DNA of 64,000 nt from an uncultured delta proteobacterium (GTDB lineage Bacteria; Desulfobacterota; BSN033; UBA1163): assembly GCA_963827685.1 (NCBI GenBank), contig CAWHBU010000002.1:1184001-1248000 (forward strand), given 5' to 3'. How positions within the stretch are numbered: position 1 is the first letter of the stretch; the number at the start of each line of letters is the position of its first letter. Under the pieces are notes generated by a model, which had not been told where the DNA came from, did no database searches, and saw only the letters and a list, made by a program, of their open reading frames with translations. Below are positions 29,623 to 39,419 of this stretch, piece by piece. Both the position numbers and the translations under genes were made by a program.

Positions 29623-30807
29623 TCACGGCTTTCTAAGGGCCTCGATGCCTGGCAACTTCTTCCCTTCGAGAAATTCGAGGGAGGCTCCACCTCCAGTAGA
29701 AATATGACTGATTCTATCCGCCACCCCTGCCTGGTTCACTGCAGCAACAGAATCTCCTCCCCCCACAATACTGAAGGCTGAGGAGTTTGCGATCGCCTTT
29801 GCTATGGCAGACGTCCCCTGGCTGAATGGCTCCAACTCAAAGACACCCATCGGTCCATTCCATACAATGGTTTTGGCAGATTTGATCTCTTCTGAAAAGG
29901 TCTTCACTGTCTCCGGCCCAATATCCAGGCAGACCCATCCCGATGGAATCTTATCGTTCTTTACAACCTCTCTCTTCGCTTGAATATCCATTCGTTCGGC
30001 AGCGATATGATCAGAAGGGAGAAGAAACTTGATCTTCCCCTTTGCTTTTTCAAGGAGGTTGAGCGAGAACCCAATTTGGTCCTCTTCGACAAGTGATTTT
30101 CCTACTTGAAATCCCTCTCCTTTAAGGAAAGTATAGGCCATCCCTCCCCCAATCAGGAGGGTGGTCACCTTATCCAGAAGATTTTGGATCACACCTATCT
30201 TATCAGAAACCTTTGCACCCCCGAGAATCGCCACATAAGGCTTTTGGGGGTTCACCAGAGCCTTCTCCAGACTCTCAACCTCTTTCATCATTAAAAATCC
30301 TGCCGCCACGGTCTTCACATAACGTGTCATTCCTTCTGTGGAGGCATGGGCTCGGTGAGCTGTCCCAAAAGCATCGTTGACATAAACGTCACAGAGGGAG
30401 GCCAGGGCTTTTGAAAAAGCTTCTTCATTCCTCTCCTCCTCAGGATGGAACCTGAGATTTTCCAGGAGAAGGATTTCCCCTTCTTGCATTCCTCCAATCT
30501 GTTTCTGAACCGCTTCCCCAATGCAATCCGTGGCTAAAGCCACTTTTTTCCCCAATCGTTGAGACAACCTTTTAACAACCGGGGCCAGACTAAATTTAGG
30601 ATCCTTCTTTCCTTTAGGTCTCCCCAGATGAGAGGCAAGGATGACCTTCCCCCCGGCTTCGCTGACAAACCGAATGGTTGGAAGGGAGAGGAGAATCCGA
30701 GTGTCATCGGTAATGTCACCCTTCTCGTCCTGAGGAACATTAAAATCGACCCGAATGAATACCCGCTTCCCTTTCAATTCAATTTGGTCTACGGCTTGGA
30801 TTGGCAT
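29623..30807 (-). CDS. pgk: Phosphoglycerate kinase
   Basis: RVDFNVP, SHLGRP, LENLRF, GGAKVSDK, STGGGASLE. Confidence 0.99.
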   Translation of the reverse strand: MPIQAVDQIELKGKRVFIRVDFNVPQDEKGDITDDTRILLSLPTIRFVSEAGGKVILASHLGRPKGKKDPKFSLAPVVKRLSQRLGKKVALATDCIGEAVQKQIGGMQEGEILLLENLRFHPEEERNEEAFSKALASLCDVYVNDAFGTAHRAHASTEGMTRYVKTVAAGFLMMKEVESLEKALVNPQKPYVAILGGAKVSDKIGVIQNLLDKVTTLLIGGGMAYTFLKGEGFQVGKSLVEEDQIGFSLNLLEKAKGKIKFLLPSDHIAAERMDIQAKREVVKNDKIPSGWVCLDIGPETVKTFSEEIKSAKTIVWNGPMGVFELEPFSQGTSAIAKAIANSSAFSIVGGGDSVAAVNQAGVADRISHISTGGGASLEFLEGKKLPGIEALRKP

Positions 30808-30898
30808 GAATCGCTCTAACCTCACCCCCACCCTTACCCGTCAAGGGGGAAGGAATTTTCTGAACGAAACAAAGAATTTTCCCCTTCCTTGCGGCAGG

Positions 30899-31116
30899 GA
30901 AGGTTTGAAAAAATTGTCCCCCGTGCAGAGGGCGGGCAGGGATGTCGTAAAAGTTTTACAGCGGTACCTCTTCACGTTGGCTATTTACAATGAAAAACTC
31001 TCCCACATATTGACCACTTACAGGCCTTTGTTACCTTTATCCTCTTAAGTAACCGCATTTGTAAAACTTTGGAGATATTCTTGCCCGCCCGGCTCCCCGA
31101 ATTTTTTCACAGCTTC
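30899..31116. mobile_element. MITE with 17 bp imperfect TIRs and an apparent 3 bp AGG duplication
   Basis: Left end GAAGGTTTGAAAAAATT; right end (revcomp) GAAGCTGTGAAAAAATT; internal GGGCGGGCA mirrored; AGG on both flanks. Confidence 0.65.
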
Positions 31117-31153
31117 AGGGAATGGATGGGAGGGCGAACGATTCAGAATTCCT

Positions 31154-32173
<1,020 letters not shown>

Positions 32174-32271
32174 TCAAAACTTAACTACATTATATAACTT
32201 TTTCTCGCCCGTTGCGTCAATATTTTTTGGCGGCATTTAGGGACTTCACAAAAGGGGGATGACCTGGTATA

Positions 32272-33279
32272 TTGGATTTGACCAGAGCAGATAAAATGGA
32301 AAAGAAATCCCAGGTGACACGGGACAGAAACATCTTAGAAATCGTGAGAGGGCTTCTCCTCTCGGAGGTTGTTTTCCGGGAAATCTTTGAAAAACACAGA
32401 GAGGGTCGTCTCCGTTTCTCAGATATCGGCCTTTGGGTGGATGACAAAGGTCAGAGCCTCCTCTACAACTTAAAGGAACAGTCCCACTCCCTCTTTCGAT
32501 ATAAAGGGAAAAAGCCGATCCACAAAAATGAGTGGCTTCTCGACTTAGTGATTGGGTCTATTTTCCATGAAGCCATGAAGTTGAGAGAGAACCTTTACCA
32601 GATGGAAGTCTATCGACCCAAGTACCTTCAATACAAATCGAAGTCCGGGAAATCCGACTATGAGAAAGACTACATCCAACTCTTTGAACGAATTATTCTA
32701 AAGGCAGAACAAGGAGTAGCAGAAGGGATGGAGGAGACGCGATCTCTTTCTAAAGATGCGATGGCACAACTCATCGATCTTTTCAAAGAGAGCTCGAAGA
32801 ATGCCCTTTTGGTCCGTTTCCTCTTGGAGAATTTAACTCTCCTTCAAGAGGTTTATGGTTCCAAAAAGGCCAAAGAGATTTTCGATTTGATGTTCGAAAA
32901 GGGATTTTTAGATGCTTACCAGTCCGCCGGTCAAAGCTATCTCCAGAGCGAACATTACGACATCTCCGCAGACTATTTCTTAAAAGCTTCTAAATTGGAC
33001 CCTCATAACCATGACCTCCAGTTCCTGCTAAACTTCAGCCTCGGGATGAATGAGTATTACAAGAATGCCTATTCAAAGTCCTTGTTCTATTTTTCCAAGT
33101 TGATTTCCCTAAAATTCAATGGAAAATTGATAAAGGAGTATCTCAAGAAGGTCGAAGAGGTCTGTAAAAAGATCTTTCCCGAGTTGGAAGAAGAAAAGGG
33201 CCTTAAAGCTGCGAGAGAGGCAGGTTCCCTTGCTGATCGAATAAGAAAATGTTACGATGAAGTTGTAAGGAGTTCGTGA
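32272..33279 (+). CDS. Hypothetical protein with C-terminal TPR-like repeat
   Basis: 335 aa; GSIFHEAMKLREN; AYQSAGQSY...ASKLDP is TPR-like. Confidence 0.65.
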   Translation: MDLTRADKMEKKSQVTRDRNILEIVRGLLLSEVVFREIFEKHREGRLRFSDIGLWVDDKGQSLLYNLKEQSHSLFRYKGKKPIHKNEWLLDLVIGSIFHEAMKLRENLYQMEVYRPKYLQYKSKSGKSDYEKDYIQLFERIILKAEQGVAEGMEETRSLSKDAMAQLIDLFKESSKNALLVRFLLENLTLLQEVYGSKKAKEIFDLMFEKGFLDAYQSAGQSYLQSEHYDISADYFLKASKLDPHNHDLQFLLNFSLGMNEYYKNAYSKSLFYFSKLISLKFNGKLIKEYLKKVEEVCKKIFPELEEEKGLKAAREAGSLADRIRKCYDEVVRSS

Positions 33280-33280
33280 G

Positions 33281-33502
33281 ATGCCTATTTACGAATATCA
33301 ATGTCACCAATGTCGAAACGAATTTGAAAAATTGGTATTGAATACTTCCGAAAAGATTGCCTGTCCTAAGTGTAAGAGCAGAAAAGTTCATCGGATGATG
33401 TCTGCCTTTGCCTTTTCCAGCGGTGGAAAGTTTAAAAGCACCGCCAGTTCCTCCTGTGGAACCTGCTCAGCCACCAGCTGCTCCACCTGCGGCTCCAAAT
33501 AA
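33281..33502 (+). CDS. FmdB-family zinc-ribbon protein
   Basis: MPIYEYQCxxC...CPKC and a Cys-rich tail. Confidence 0.9.
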   Translation: MPIYEYQCHQCRNEFEKLVLNTSEKIACPKCKSRKVHRMMSAFAFSSGGKFKSTASSSCGTCSATSCSTCGSK

Positions 33503-33515
33503 AGGGTTCTATCAT

Positions 33516-33668
33516 TCAAGGGTCCAAGGGTCCGAGTTTTCTGCAATTTATCATACCCATTCATAAAATGTCTTTTAGAGCTTTTTACATTCTTTTTAAG
33601 ACCCTCCTTTTTTCTTTCTTCTTCAACATGCGCATTTCTTAATCTTTCTTGACCCCTTGAACCCTGAA
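33516..33668. repeat. Inverted 8 bp periodic repeats (CAAGGGTC / GACCCCTTG)
   Basis: TTCAAGGGTCCAAGGGTCCGAG...CTTGACCCCTTGAACCCT. Related copy at 35458-35641. Confidence 0.65.
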
Positions 33669-34592
33669 TTAGAGATTAGTCAGGTGTCTTCTCATCTCCA
33701 TCTCTTCCCTCACCGAATCATTTTCTTTGAGCCCTCTTAAAGCCTCGTCAATCATTTCCATCATTCTTTCCTTGTCCTCAGGAAGTTTCCCATCGAGGGG
33801 GAGAAGATTGGAGATATGATCGCTTACGAATTGAGAAGTCACCTGAAGCTTTTCCAAAAGCAGCTTTGTCTCCACTAATATCGTTTCTGGTAAAGCCGGC
33901 TGGAAACGACCCTCCATCATGGCCTCATAGAGCGGAGAGTTGGGTTGGGGGATGCATGTGCGAACACGGATGAAATGAGGATCGATTTGATTCAATACCT
34001 CTGCGGTCCCCCTGGCATGTTGTTCCCATTTTTCTTCACCTCCAATCCCTAACAAAACATACAAAGAATATTCAAACCCAGCTTCTTTCGCTTTTCTCCC
34101 TGCCTCGACCATCTCTTCTGGAGTTGCCCCTTTTTCAATCTCCTTGAGGAGTTCACGATCGCCCGTCTCAAGCCCTACATGGAGTCTGGTTAAACCCGCT
34201 TGACGGATTTTTATCAAATCTTCTGAAGGTTTCTTAGCAATCGTTTTAGATCGTGCATAACTGGTTACCCTTTCGATATGGGGAAAGAAGGAGAACAAGG
34301 TGTTCAAAATTTTGACCAACATTACGGTTTTCGCCACAAGACTATTAGAATCTCCAATAAAAATCGTCCTGACCCTATCTCCGTAAAGATCTCGTGCTAA
34401 TTCGATATCCCCCAGAATCTCTTCAAGGTCCCTGATTTCGAATTTCATCCCTTTATACATTGAACAGAAGGTACATCGGTTCCAGGGGCATCCTCGGGTA
34501 ATTCTAAGAAGAAGGCTGCTTGCCTCGCTGGGGGGCCTGAAGGGTGGAAAATCATAATCTCTTCTTCTCAATCCAAATCTGCCGATCGTCAT
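33669..34592 (-). CDS. Radical SAM protein
   Basis: FRPPSEA, CPWNRCTFC, GLETGD, SDHISN. Confidence 0.9.
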   Translation of the reverse strand: MTIGRFGLRRRDYDFPPFRPPSEASSLLLRITRGCPWNRCTFCSMYKGMKFEIRDLEEILGDIELARDLYGDRVRTIFIGDSNSLVAKTVMLVKILNTLFSFFPHIERVTSYARSKTIAKKPSEDLIKIRQAGLTRLHVGLETGDRELLKEIEKGATPEEMVEAGRKAKEAGFEYSLYVLLGIGGEEKWEQHARGTAEVLNQIDPHFIRVRTCIPQPNSPLYEAMMEGRFQPALPETILVETKLLLEKLQVTSQFVSDHISNLLPLDGKLPEDKERMMEMIDEALRGLKENDSVREEMEMRRHLTNL

Positions 34593-34651
34593 GATTTACC
34601 TCAATTCCCAATTCCCCCAACCCCCCTTTAGTAAAGGGGGGGAGAGGGGGG

Positions 34652-35407
34652 TTAAAATATCATCGAGACAGGAATTCCCTTCTTCTCAAAACGCTCTTTC
34701 AACTCCGTTCCAACCAGATGAAAATAATCCTCTTCCAAATACTGATCCAGCTTGGCTTTGCGATAAATCGCCTTCACCTTGTTCGGGTAATTCATTCGAT
34801 CGATAAGCACCTCGTCAATCAACCCATCCAGCATCGCTACCAGCGGTTTCGGATCTAAAGGAAGCATCGGGCCGATGAAAGCATAGGTCCGAATCTTTTC
34901 TTGACGAAGGGCTCTCAGGGCTTCAACTCGAGACAGAACAGAAGGGGAACAGGGTTCAAAGATCTTCTTGATCCCCTCATCATGAGTTGTAACGGAGAAG
35001 CCTACTTCAATTCTCTTGAACTGTTTAAACAGATCAATGTCTCTCAGACAAAGAGGTGACCGGGTCAACAAATTTACTGAAAGTTGAGCATCCAGAAGAG
35101 CTTCCAAACATTTTCGAGTCAGTTGATATTTTTTCTCGATAGGCTGATAGGGGTCGGTCACCGTACTGAGGGCCACGACCCCTTGCTTCGCCCTCTTTAA
35201 CTGCTTTATCAGCAGGGGAGGGGCATTCACCTTAACATCGATGAACTCCCCCCATGGCTCCAGATGACCGGTAAAACGCTTCATGAAACTGGCATAACAG
35301 TACCGGCAACCATGCCCGCACCCGACATAGGGGTTGATACAGTAATCAAAACCAGAAATGGCTGTCTTGGTCAGAATGGTCTTGGCAAAGATCTCTTTGA
35401 CTTTCAT
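34652..35407 (-). CDS. Radical SAM protein, spore photoproduct lyase-like family
   Basis: INPYVGCGHGCRYCYA, TDPYQPIE. Confidence 0.88.
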   Translation of the reverse strand: MKVKEIFAKTILTKTAISGFDYCINPYVGCGHGCRYCYASFMKRFTGHLEPWGEFIDVKVNAPPLLIKQLKRAKQGVVALSTVTDPYQPIEKKYQLTRKCLEALLDAQLSVNLLTRSPLCLRDIDLFKQFKRIEVGFSVTTHDEGIKKIFEPCSPSVLSRVEALRALRQEKIRTYAFIGPMLPLDPKPLVAMLDGLIDEVLIDRMNYPNKVKAIYRKAKLDQYLEEDYFHLVGTELKERFEKKGIPVSMIF

Positions 35408-35457
35408 TAATCATATTATAACGGAGAGGCGAGAAAATCGAAAGTTCTTAAAATTCT

Positions 35458-35641
35458 TGAGTTCAAGGGTTCTAGTGAAATGATTGAAATCACAATAAAA
35501 TAAAAGTCCCGTTAGGGAAAAAACATTGAAGATTAGGAATTTGATAAGGTTTAAAAAGTATAGGGGAAATTGGAAGAATATTTATAACCTAGAACCCTTC
35601 ACCCCTGCCTACCGGCAGGCAGGCTGGGCTCCTCGAACCCT
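35458..35641. repeat. Inverted 8 bp periodic repeats with 20 bp palindrome insert
   Basis: GAGTTCAAGGGTTCTAG...AGAACCCTTCACC[35604-35623]CTGGGCTCCTCGAACCC. Confidence 0.65.
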
Positions 35642-35649
35642 TTTGTGTT

Positions 35650-36408
35650 TTATTGAACAGGTAGGTTAAATAAAGGCGAGTGAGAATTAGAAGTCCCTTT
35701 TAAAGGAAAGGTCCCATTAGATTGAGAATAGACCTGCTGAAAGAAACCAAAAATATCTATCTCTCCTCCTTTTGCTTTCTGCCAGAGATCATAAAGGTGA
35801 TGAGTGGTAATCAAAGTCATATTGTGCCGGCTTAAGAAATGGCTCAACTCTTTGGAGATATGACTCACCTGGCCTCTTTCAGAAAGTGGGAGGCGGATAT
35901 GGGTGCTCGCAATAATCAAGGATTTCTCGTTCTCTCTTTTTTCTTTCTCAAACTGCAAAGCCCGGTTGATCTTGGGATGGTTTCCTTCGACCTCCCCTTC
36001 ACTCATCAAAATCTGTACTCCGAAAGCCATGTGGGTCTCGGGAATTTTAACAATGCGATCCACCGATTGGTAGTTGACACCGGTTGATATCTTGAACCCC
36101 AGATCCTTGAAGATGGAATGAACGGTATCCATTAATAACAATTCACTTTTTGGCCAGAGCAGCGATTCAATAATAGAAAAATCCTGATCTCTGATCGCTG
36201 TCGATTCCTTCTTCGTGGCCTTGTCGATTTCTGACTTCAAAAAACTCTTCCGCGCCGTCTTTTTCTCGGAGCTTCTTTTTTCAATTCTGCTTACTACAAG
36301 CATCGCAATCAGGCAACCCAAAGGGATGAAGAGCTTCAGCTCTTCGGAGAATTTGAGAGCGCTAAAGATCGCAAGAACTGCAAGCAAAAGCTGTAGTATC
36401 CCTAACAT
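35650..36408 (-). CDS. Hypothetical membrane-anchored protein
   Basis: Two N-terminal hydrophobic helices, then a soluble alpha/beta domain (FKDLGF...VDRIV...GVQI). Confidence 0.7.
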   Translation of the reverse strand: MLGILQLLLAVLAIFSALKFSEELKLFIPLGCLIAMLVVSRIEKRSSEKKTARKSFLKSEIDKATKKESTAIRDQDFSIIESLLWPKSELLLMDTVHSIFKDLGFKISTGVNYQSVDRIVKIPETHMAFGVQILMSEGEVEGNHPKINRALQFEKEKRENEKSLIIASTHIRLPLSERGQVSHISKELSHFLSRHNMTLITTHHLYDLWQKAKGGEIDIFGFFQQVYSQSNGTFPLKGTSNSHSPLFNLPVQ

Positions 36409-36469
36409 CTGTTCCCCATCACTTTAAAAATTAAATAAAAACAATAAGTTAAACCACATTTATACTCTG

Positions 36470-36486
36470 AGCAATTTCTATACCAA
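36470..36486 (-). promoter_or_regulatory. sigma54 (-24/-12) promoter
   Basis: TTGGTATAGAAATTGCT (GG-N10-GC), ~60 bp upstream of ATG 36408. Confidence 0.7.
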
Positions 36487-36658
36487 ATTTGAAAACGTTA
36501 AAAACTGCTTATGATTTCAGCTGATTAGCTAAATATCACTTTAGCGAAGACTCTGTTCAAATATGACAATATTTCATGATTTGAACGAAAAGTGACATAT
36601 TCTGACACAAAAAGGCACAATTTTTTGGAAAATAAGGGGTGCAATTTAAGGTCTGCGG

Positions 36659-37651
36659 TTAATGGGATGACGGCGCAAAAAGATATTCAACCGTTCGATT
36701 CAACATCCTCGCTCCCTTCACTTCTGTTTCGAATAGAGGGACGATCGCTCTTACCTTGTCCCCGAATATCTTCCAAATCTCTGCCATATGTTCGTCCTGC
36801 ATCTGAATTCGGTTGAGGACAAACTCCACAGTATCTTTTCCGACCTGATCCTTTTGAATGACTCCGTTGACCACCACACCACCAACAGGAATTCCGAATT
36901 CATGGAACCAGTTAATGAAGCGGGTGATGACAGCAATGGGAAGGCTCTCGGGGAGTGTCACGAAAAAGAAAGCCGTGAGGGCTTCATCGGTCAGGAGGTT
37001 TTTCGCACTGCCCATTCTATCCTTGAAACTTAAGAGGTAATCCAGGAGAGGGTCCTTTTTCTCTTTTTTCGAGAAAGAGAGGATTTCCCTTAACGACTTT
37101 GCTTCCTCTCGGCTCTTCAGCATCTTCTCCACCCAAAGGGAGTAGACCTTCGACATTCCGAGAAGGCGTCTCGCATTCGCTGTGGGGGCAGTATCGAAGA
37201 CGTAAAAATCATATTCATCCTTGAACATGAGATCCACCATATTTTCAAACATAGCCGATTCTTCGAAGGCAGGATTCATCGTCGCCGATTCGATGAAATC
37301 TTCTGCTTTGGTCGTGATATCTGCAAATTTGAGAAACCAGTTGATCTTCTCTCGGATTTCTCGTTTGGACCGTTCGATCGTATCCCGTGTATCGATCTCG
37401 AAGGCATAGCATTTTTCTTCGTCGCAGACGATGGCTGCTCTTCCAAAGACATCTTTTTCTAATAAGTTAGAAAGGCTATGGACGGGATTGGTCGATGCCA
37501 GTAAAGTCCTCTTCCCCTGTTTGGCCGACCAGAGAGCTGCTGCCCCTGCCATGACGGTCTTTCCAACACCTCCTTTCCCCCCGAAAAAGATATATTTCAA
37601 ACGAGGGTGATCTTTTAAGAATTTTCCCATACTGATCGTAATTTGGTCCAT
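36659..37651 (-). CDS. ArsA/Get3-family ATPase, paralog 2 (switch I D->N)
   Basis: GKGGVGKT, STNPVHSL, DTAPTAN. Confidence 0.9.
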   Translation of the reverse strand: MDQITISMGKFLKDHPRLKYIFFGGKGGVGKTVMAGAAALWSAKQGKRTLLASTNPVHSLSNLLEKDVFGRAAIVCDEEKCYAFEIDTRDTIERSKREIREKINWFLKFADITTKAEDFIESATMNPAFEESAMFENMVDLMFKDEYDFYVFDTAPTANARRLLGMSKVYSLWVEKMLKSREEAKSLREILSFSKKEKKDPLLDYLLSFKDRMGSAKNLLTDEALTAFFFVTLPESLPIAVITRFINWFHEFGIPVGGVVVNGVIQKDQVGKDTVEFVLNRIQMQDEHMAEIWKIFGDKVRAIVPLFETEVKGARMLNRTVEYLFAPSSH

Positions 37652-37710
37652 TTTTAAACTCCCGCCTATTGCTTTTTTCTGCTTACTGCTTTCTGCCTAC
37701 TGCTTACTAA

Positions 37711-38697
37711 TTAAAAATTCCCAAACATCGCCTTGGCCATTTTTCCAATCATTGGAAGGCCGGTTACATCTCGTTCCATCTCAGGCACAGATGCTAAAAT
37801 CTGTTTATCAAAAGTGGTGTCAATCACCTTCAGGTAATGTTCCTCCATCGTGAGACGATTTTTTAAATATTCGGGAATATTTTGGTCCCTCAATCCAAGA
37901 GGCAAAACCCGATTAATGATATATCCACTTAAAGGAACGTCAAACTTAGCAAAAAGTTCTGCCGCCTTTAAGGTGTCCTTAATGATCATCTCCTCAGCGG
38001 TCAAAACAAAAAAGAAGGCTGTCTTTTCCTTATCGGTCAGGATCCTTGAGGATTTGTTGATGCGTTCTTTGATATAAAGAAGTTCTTTCAAGATGGCGTC
38101 TTCATCCAATTCTTTTTCTCGCTGCATCACAGCTGCCACCTGATCATACTCCCTCATCTGTTCTCGGAGAGCAGTGATCTTACTGATCCACGCATCATAG
38201 ACAGACGCCATACTTAGGTAGTAAAGGGCATGACCTAACGGCACCAAATCGTAAATGTAGTAGTCGTAGCCTCCTTTGACGACAATATCCACCACCTCAT
38301 CAAAAATGGCGCTTTCCTCCATCGCGGGCTCTGCCGCAGCAGCCTGAATATAGCTCTCGATCTCTTCTGGAATCTTATTCATTCCATACATATCGAAGAT
38401 CTTCTGCCTAATCTCCTGCTGATATTCCTTCACACGACGGTCGGCGTCAATCTCTTGTGCATAGAGGTTGGGAATGATCTCTATTGGCCCCTTGCCAAAG
38501 ATATCCCTTTCGAAGATATCGGTTAACGAGGCCTGCGGATCAACAGAGAAAACCAAAACCTTTTTCCCTTTTTTGGCCAAATAATAGGCCGTAGCAGCGG
38601 AGAAAGTAGTCTTTCCCAAACCTCCCTTTCCGCCAAACATGATGTACCGCCGATCCGGATACTTTTCAAATATATCTGCTAATGGAATGTCAATCAC
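37711..38697 (-). CDS. ArsA/Get3-family ATPase, paralog 1
   Basis: GKGGLGKTT, SVDPQASL, DLVPLGH, INRV. Confidence 0.9.
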   Translation of the reverse strand: MIDIPLADIFEKYPDRRYIMFGGKGGLGKTTFSAATAYYLAKKGKKVLVFSVDPQASLTDIFERDIFGKGPIEIIPNLYAQEIDADRRVKEYQQEIRQKIFDMYGMNKIPEEIESYIQAAAAEPAMEESAIFDEVVDIVVKGGYDYYIYDLVPLGHALYYLSMASVYDAWISKITALREQMREYDQVAAVMQREKELDEDAILKELLYIKERINKSSRILTDKEKTAFFFVLTAEEMIIKDTLKAAELFAKFDVPLSGYIINRVLPLGLRDQNIPEYLKNRLTMEEHYLKVIDTTFDKQILASVPEMERDVTGLPMIGKMAKAMFGNF

Positions 38698-38703
38698 CCC
38701 TTT

Positions 38704-38810
38704 CTCGGTTATCGGGTTACTTGGGTTATTGGGTCTTTTGGGTTTCTTGTGTTTAATGATTTCATAACTCTAAAAACCCTATGAACTCAATAAACCCGAT
38801 GGACCCAATA
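38704..38810. repeat. Inverted 9 bp periodic array
   Basis: GGGTTACTTGGGTTATTGGGTCTTTTGGGTTTC...AACTCAATAAACCCGATGGACCCAATAAA. Confidence 0.7.
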
Positions 38811-38826
38811 AATGTTCGTTGGCCTT

Positions 38827-39102
38827 TCAGGCCAAGCCATCCGTAAAATCTTTTTCCCTCAGCATTCTCCGCTTCCAGGTAGAAATCTGGGGAACTACAT
38901 AAGGCAATAATCTTAATGAATAGTAAGGGGGTAGAATCGGCACACCCAGCATGTCTCCCATGGTGATGAGGATGAAGAGGTGCTCCATGCTCGCCCTCGT
39001 CTTCAAGGCAAATCGGTACGAGTCGTGAGCTGCCATCCCATAGACGAACTCTTTAACCGCTTGGAAAAATCCTGCTTTTTTCTTTTTCTGCTCTTCCGTC
39101 AT
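38827..39102 (-). CDS. Small CstA/ArsA-associated protein
   Basis: LFILITMGDMLGVPILPPYYSLRLLPY..W; lies between cstA and the arsA-like genes. Start ATG 39102 follows GGGAGG. Confidence 0.75.
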   Translation of the reverse strand: MTEEQKKKKAGFFQAVKEFVYGMAAHDSYRFALKTRASMEHLFILITMGDMLGVPILPPYYSLRLLPYVVPQISTWKRRMLREKDFTDGLA

Positions 39103-39132
39103 AAAAAAGCATCCTCCCAAAAATTATTTCAC

Positions 39133-39216
39133 GTCACGCCGGAATACCTGCCTGCTAACAGGCAGGCATTACCGACGGACGATAATTGTTTCGCCCCCAG
39201 TAAATGGGGACGCTGC
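39133..39216 (+). repeat. REPIN-like element copy 4 (degenerate) with palindrome insert
   Basis: GCCGGAATA[CCTGCCTGCTAACAGGCAGG]CATTACCGAC...CGCCCCCAGTAAATGGGGACGCTGC. Confidence 0.75.
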
Positions 39217-39419
39217 ATACTACGAAGCAATACTATAACACAAAAATTCTCGGTCTGCCTATCCCTTTGCGAGCAAACATCACTTCTATTAAAATTTCCC
39301 CTCCCTCCCTTTAATATCTACTAAAGGGGAAAAGGGGGGATTATTCGCTTTCACCGCTTCGAGCCTTTAACTTTACCTGCCCGTCGGGCCTTCACGCAAC
39401 CGGGAACTTCGAACTTCTC

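Noticed and set aside
36659-38697. Arsenic-resistance operon
   Set aside because: No arsB/acr3/arsC/arsD/arsR nearby, and the metalloid-binding Cys set is absent.
38810-38835. Selenocysteine read-through at the TGA of the small CstA-associated gene
   Set aside because: The hairpin TTGGCCT-GAA-AGGCCAA covers the codon rather than following it as a bacterial SECIS would, and the extension runs into repeat DNA.
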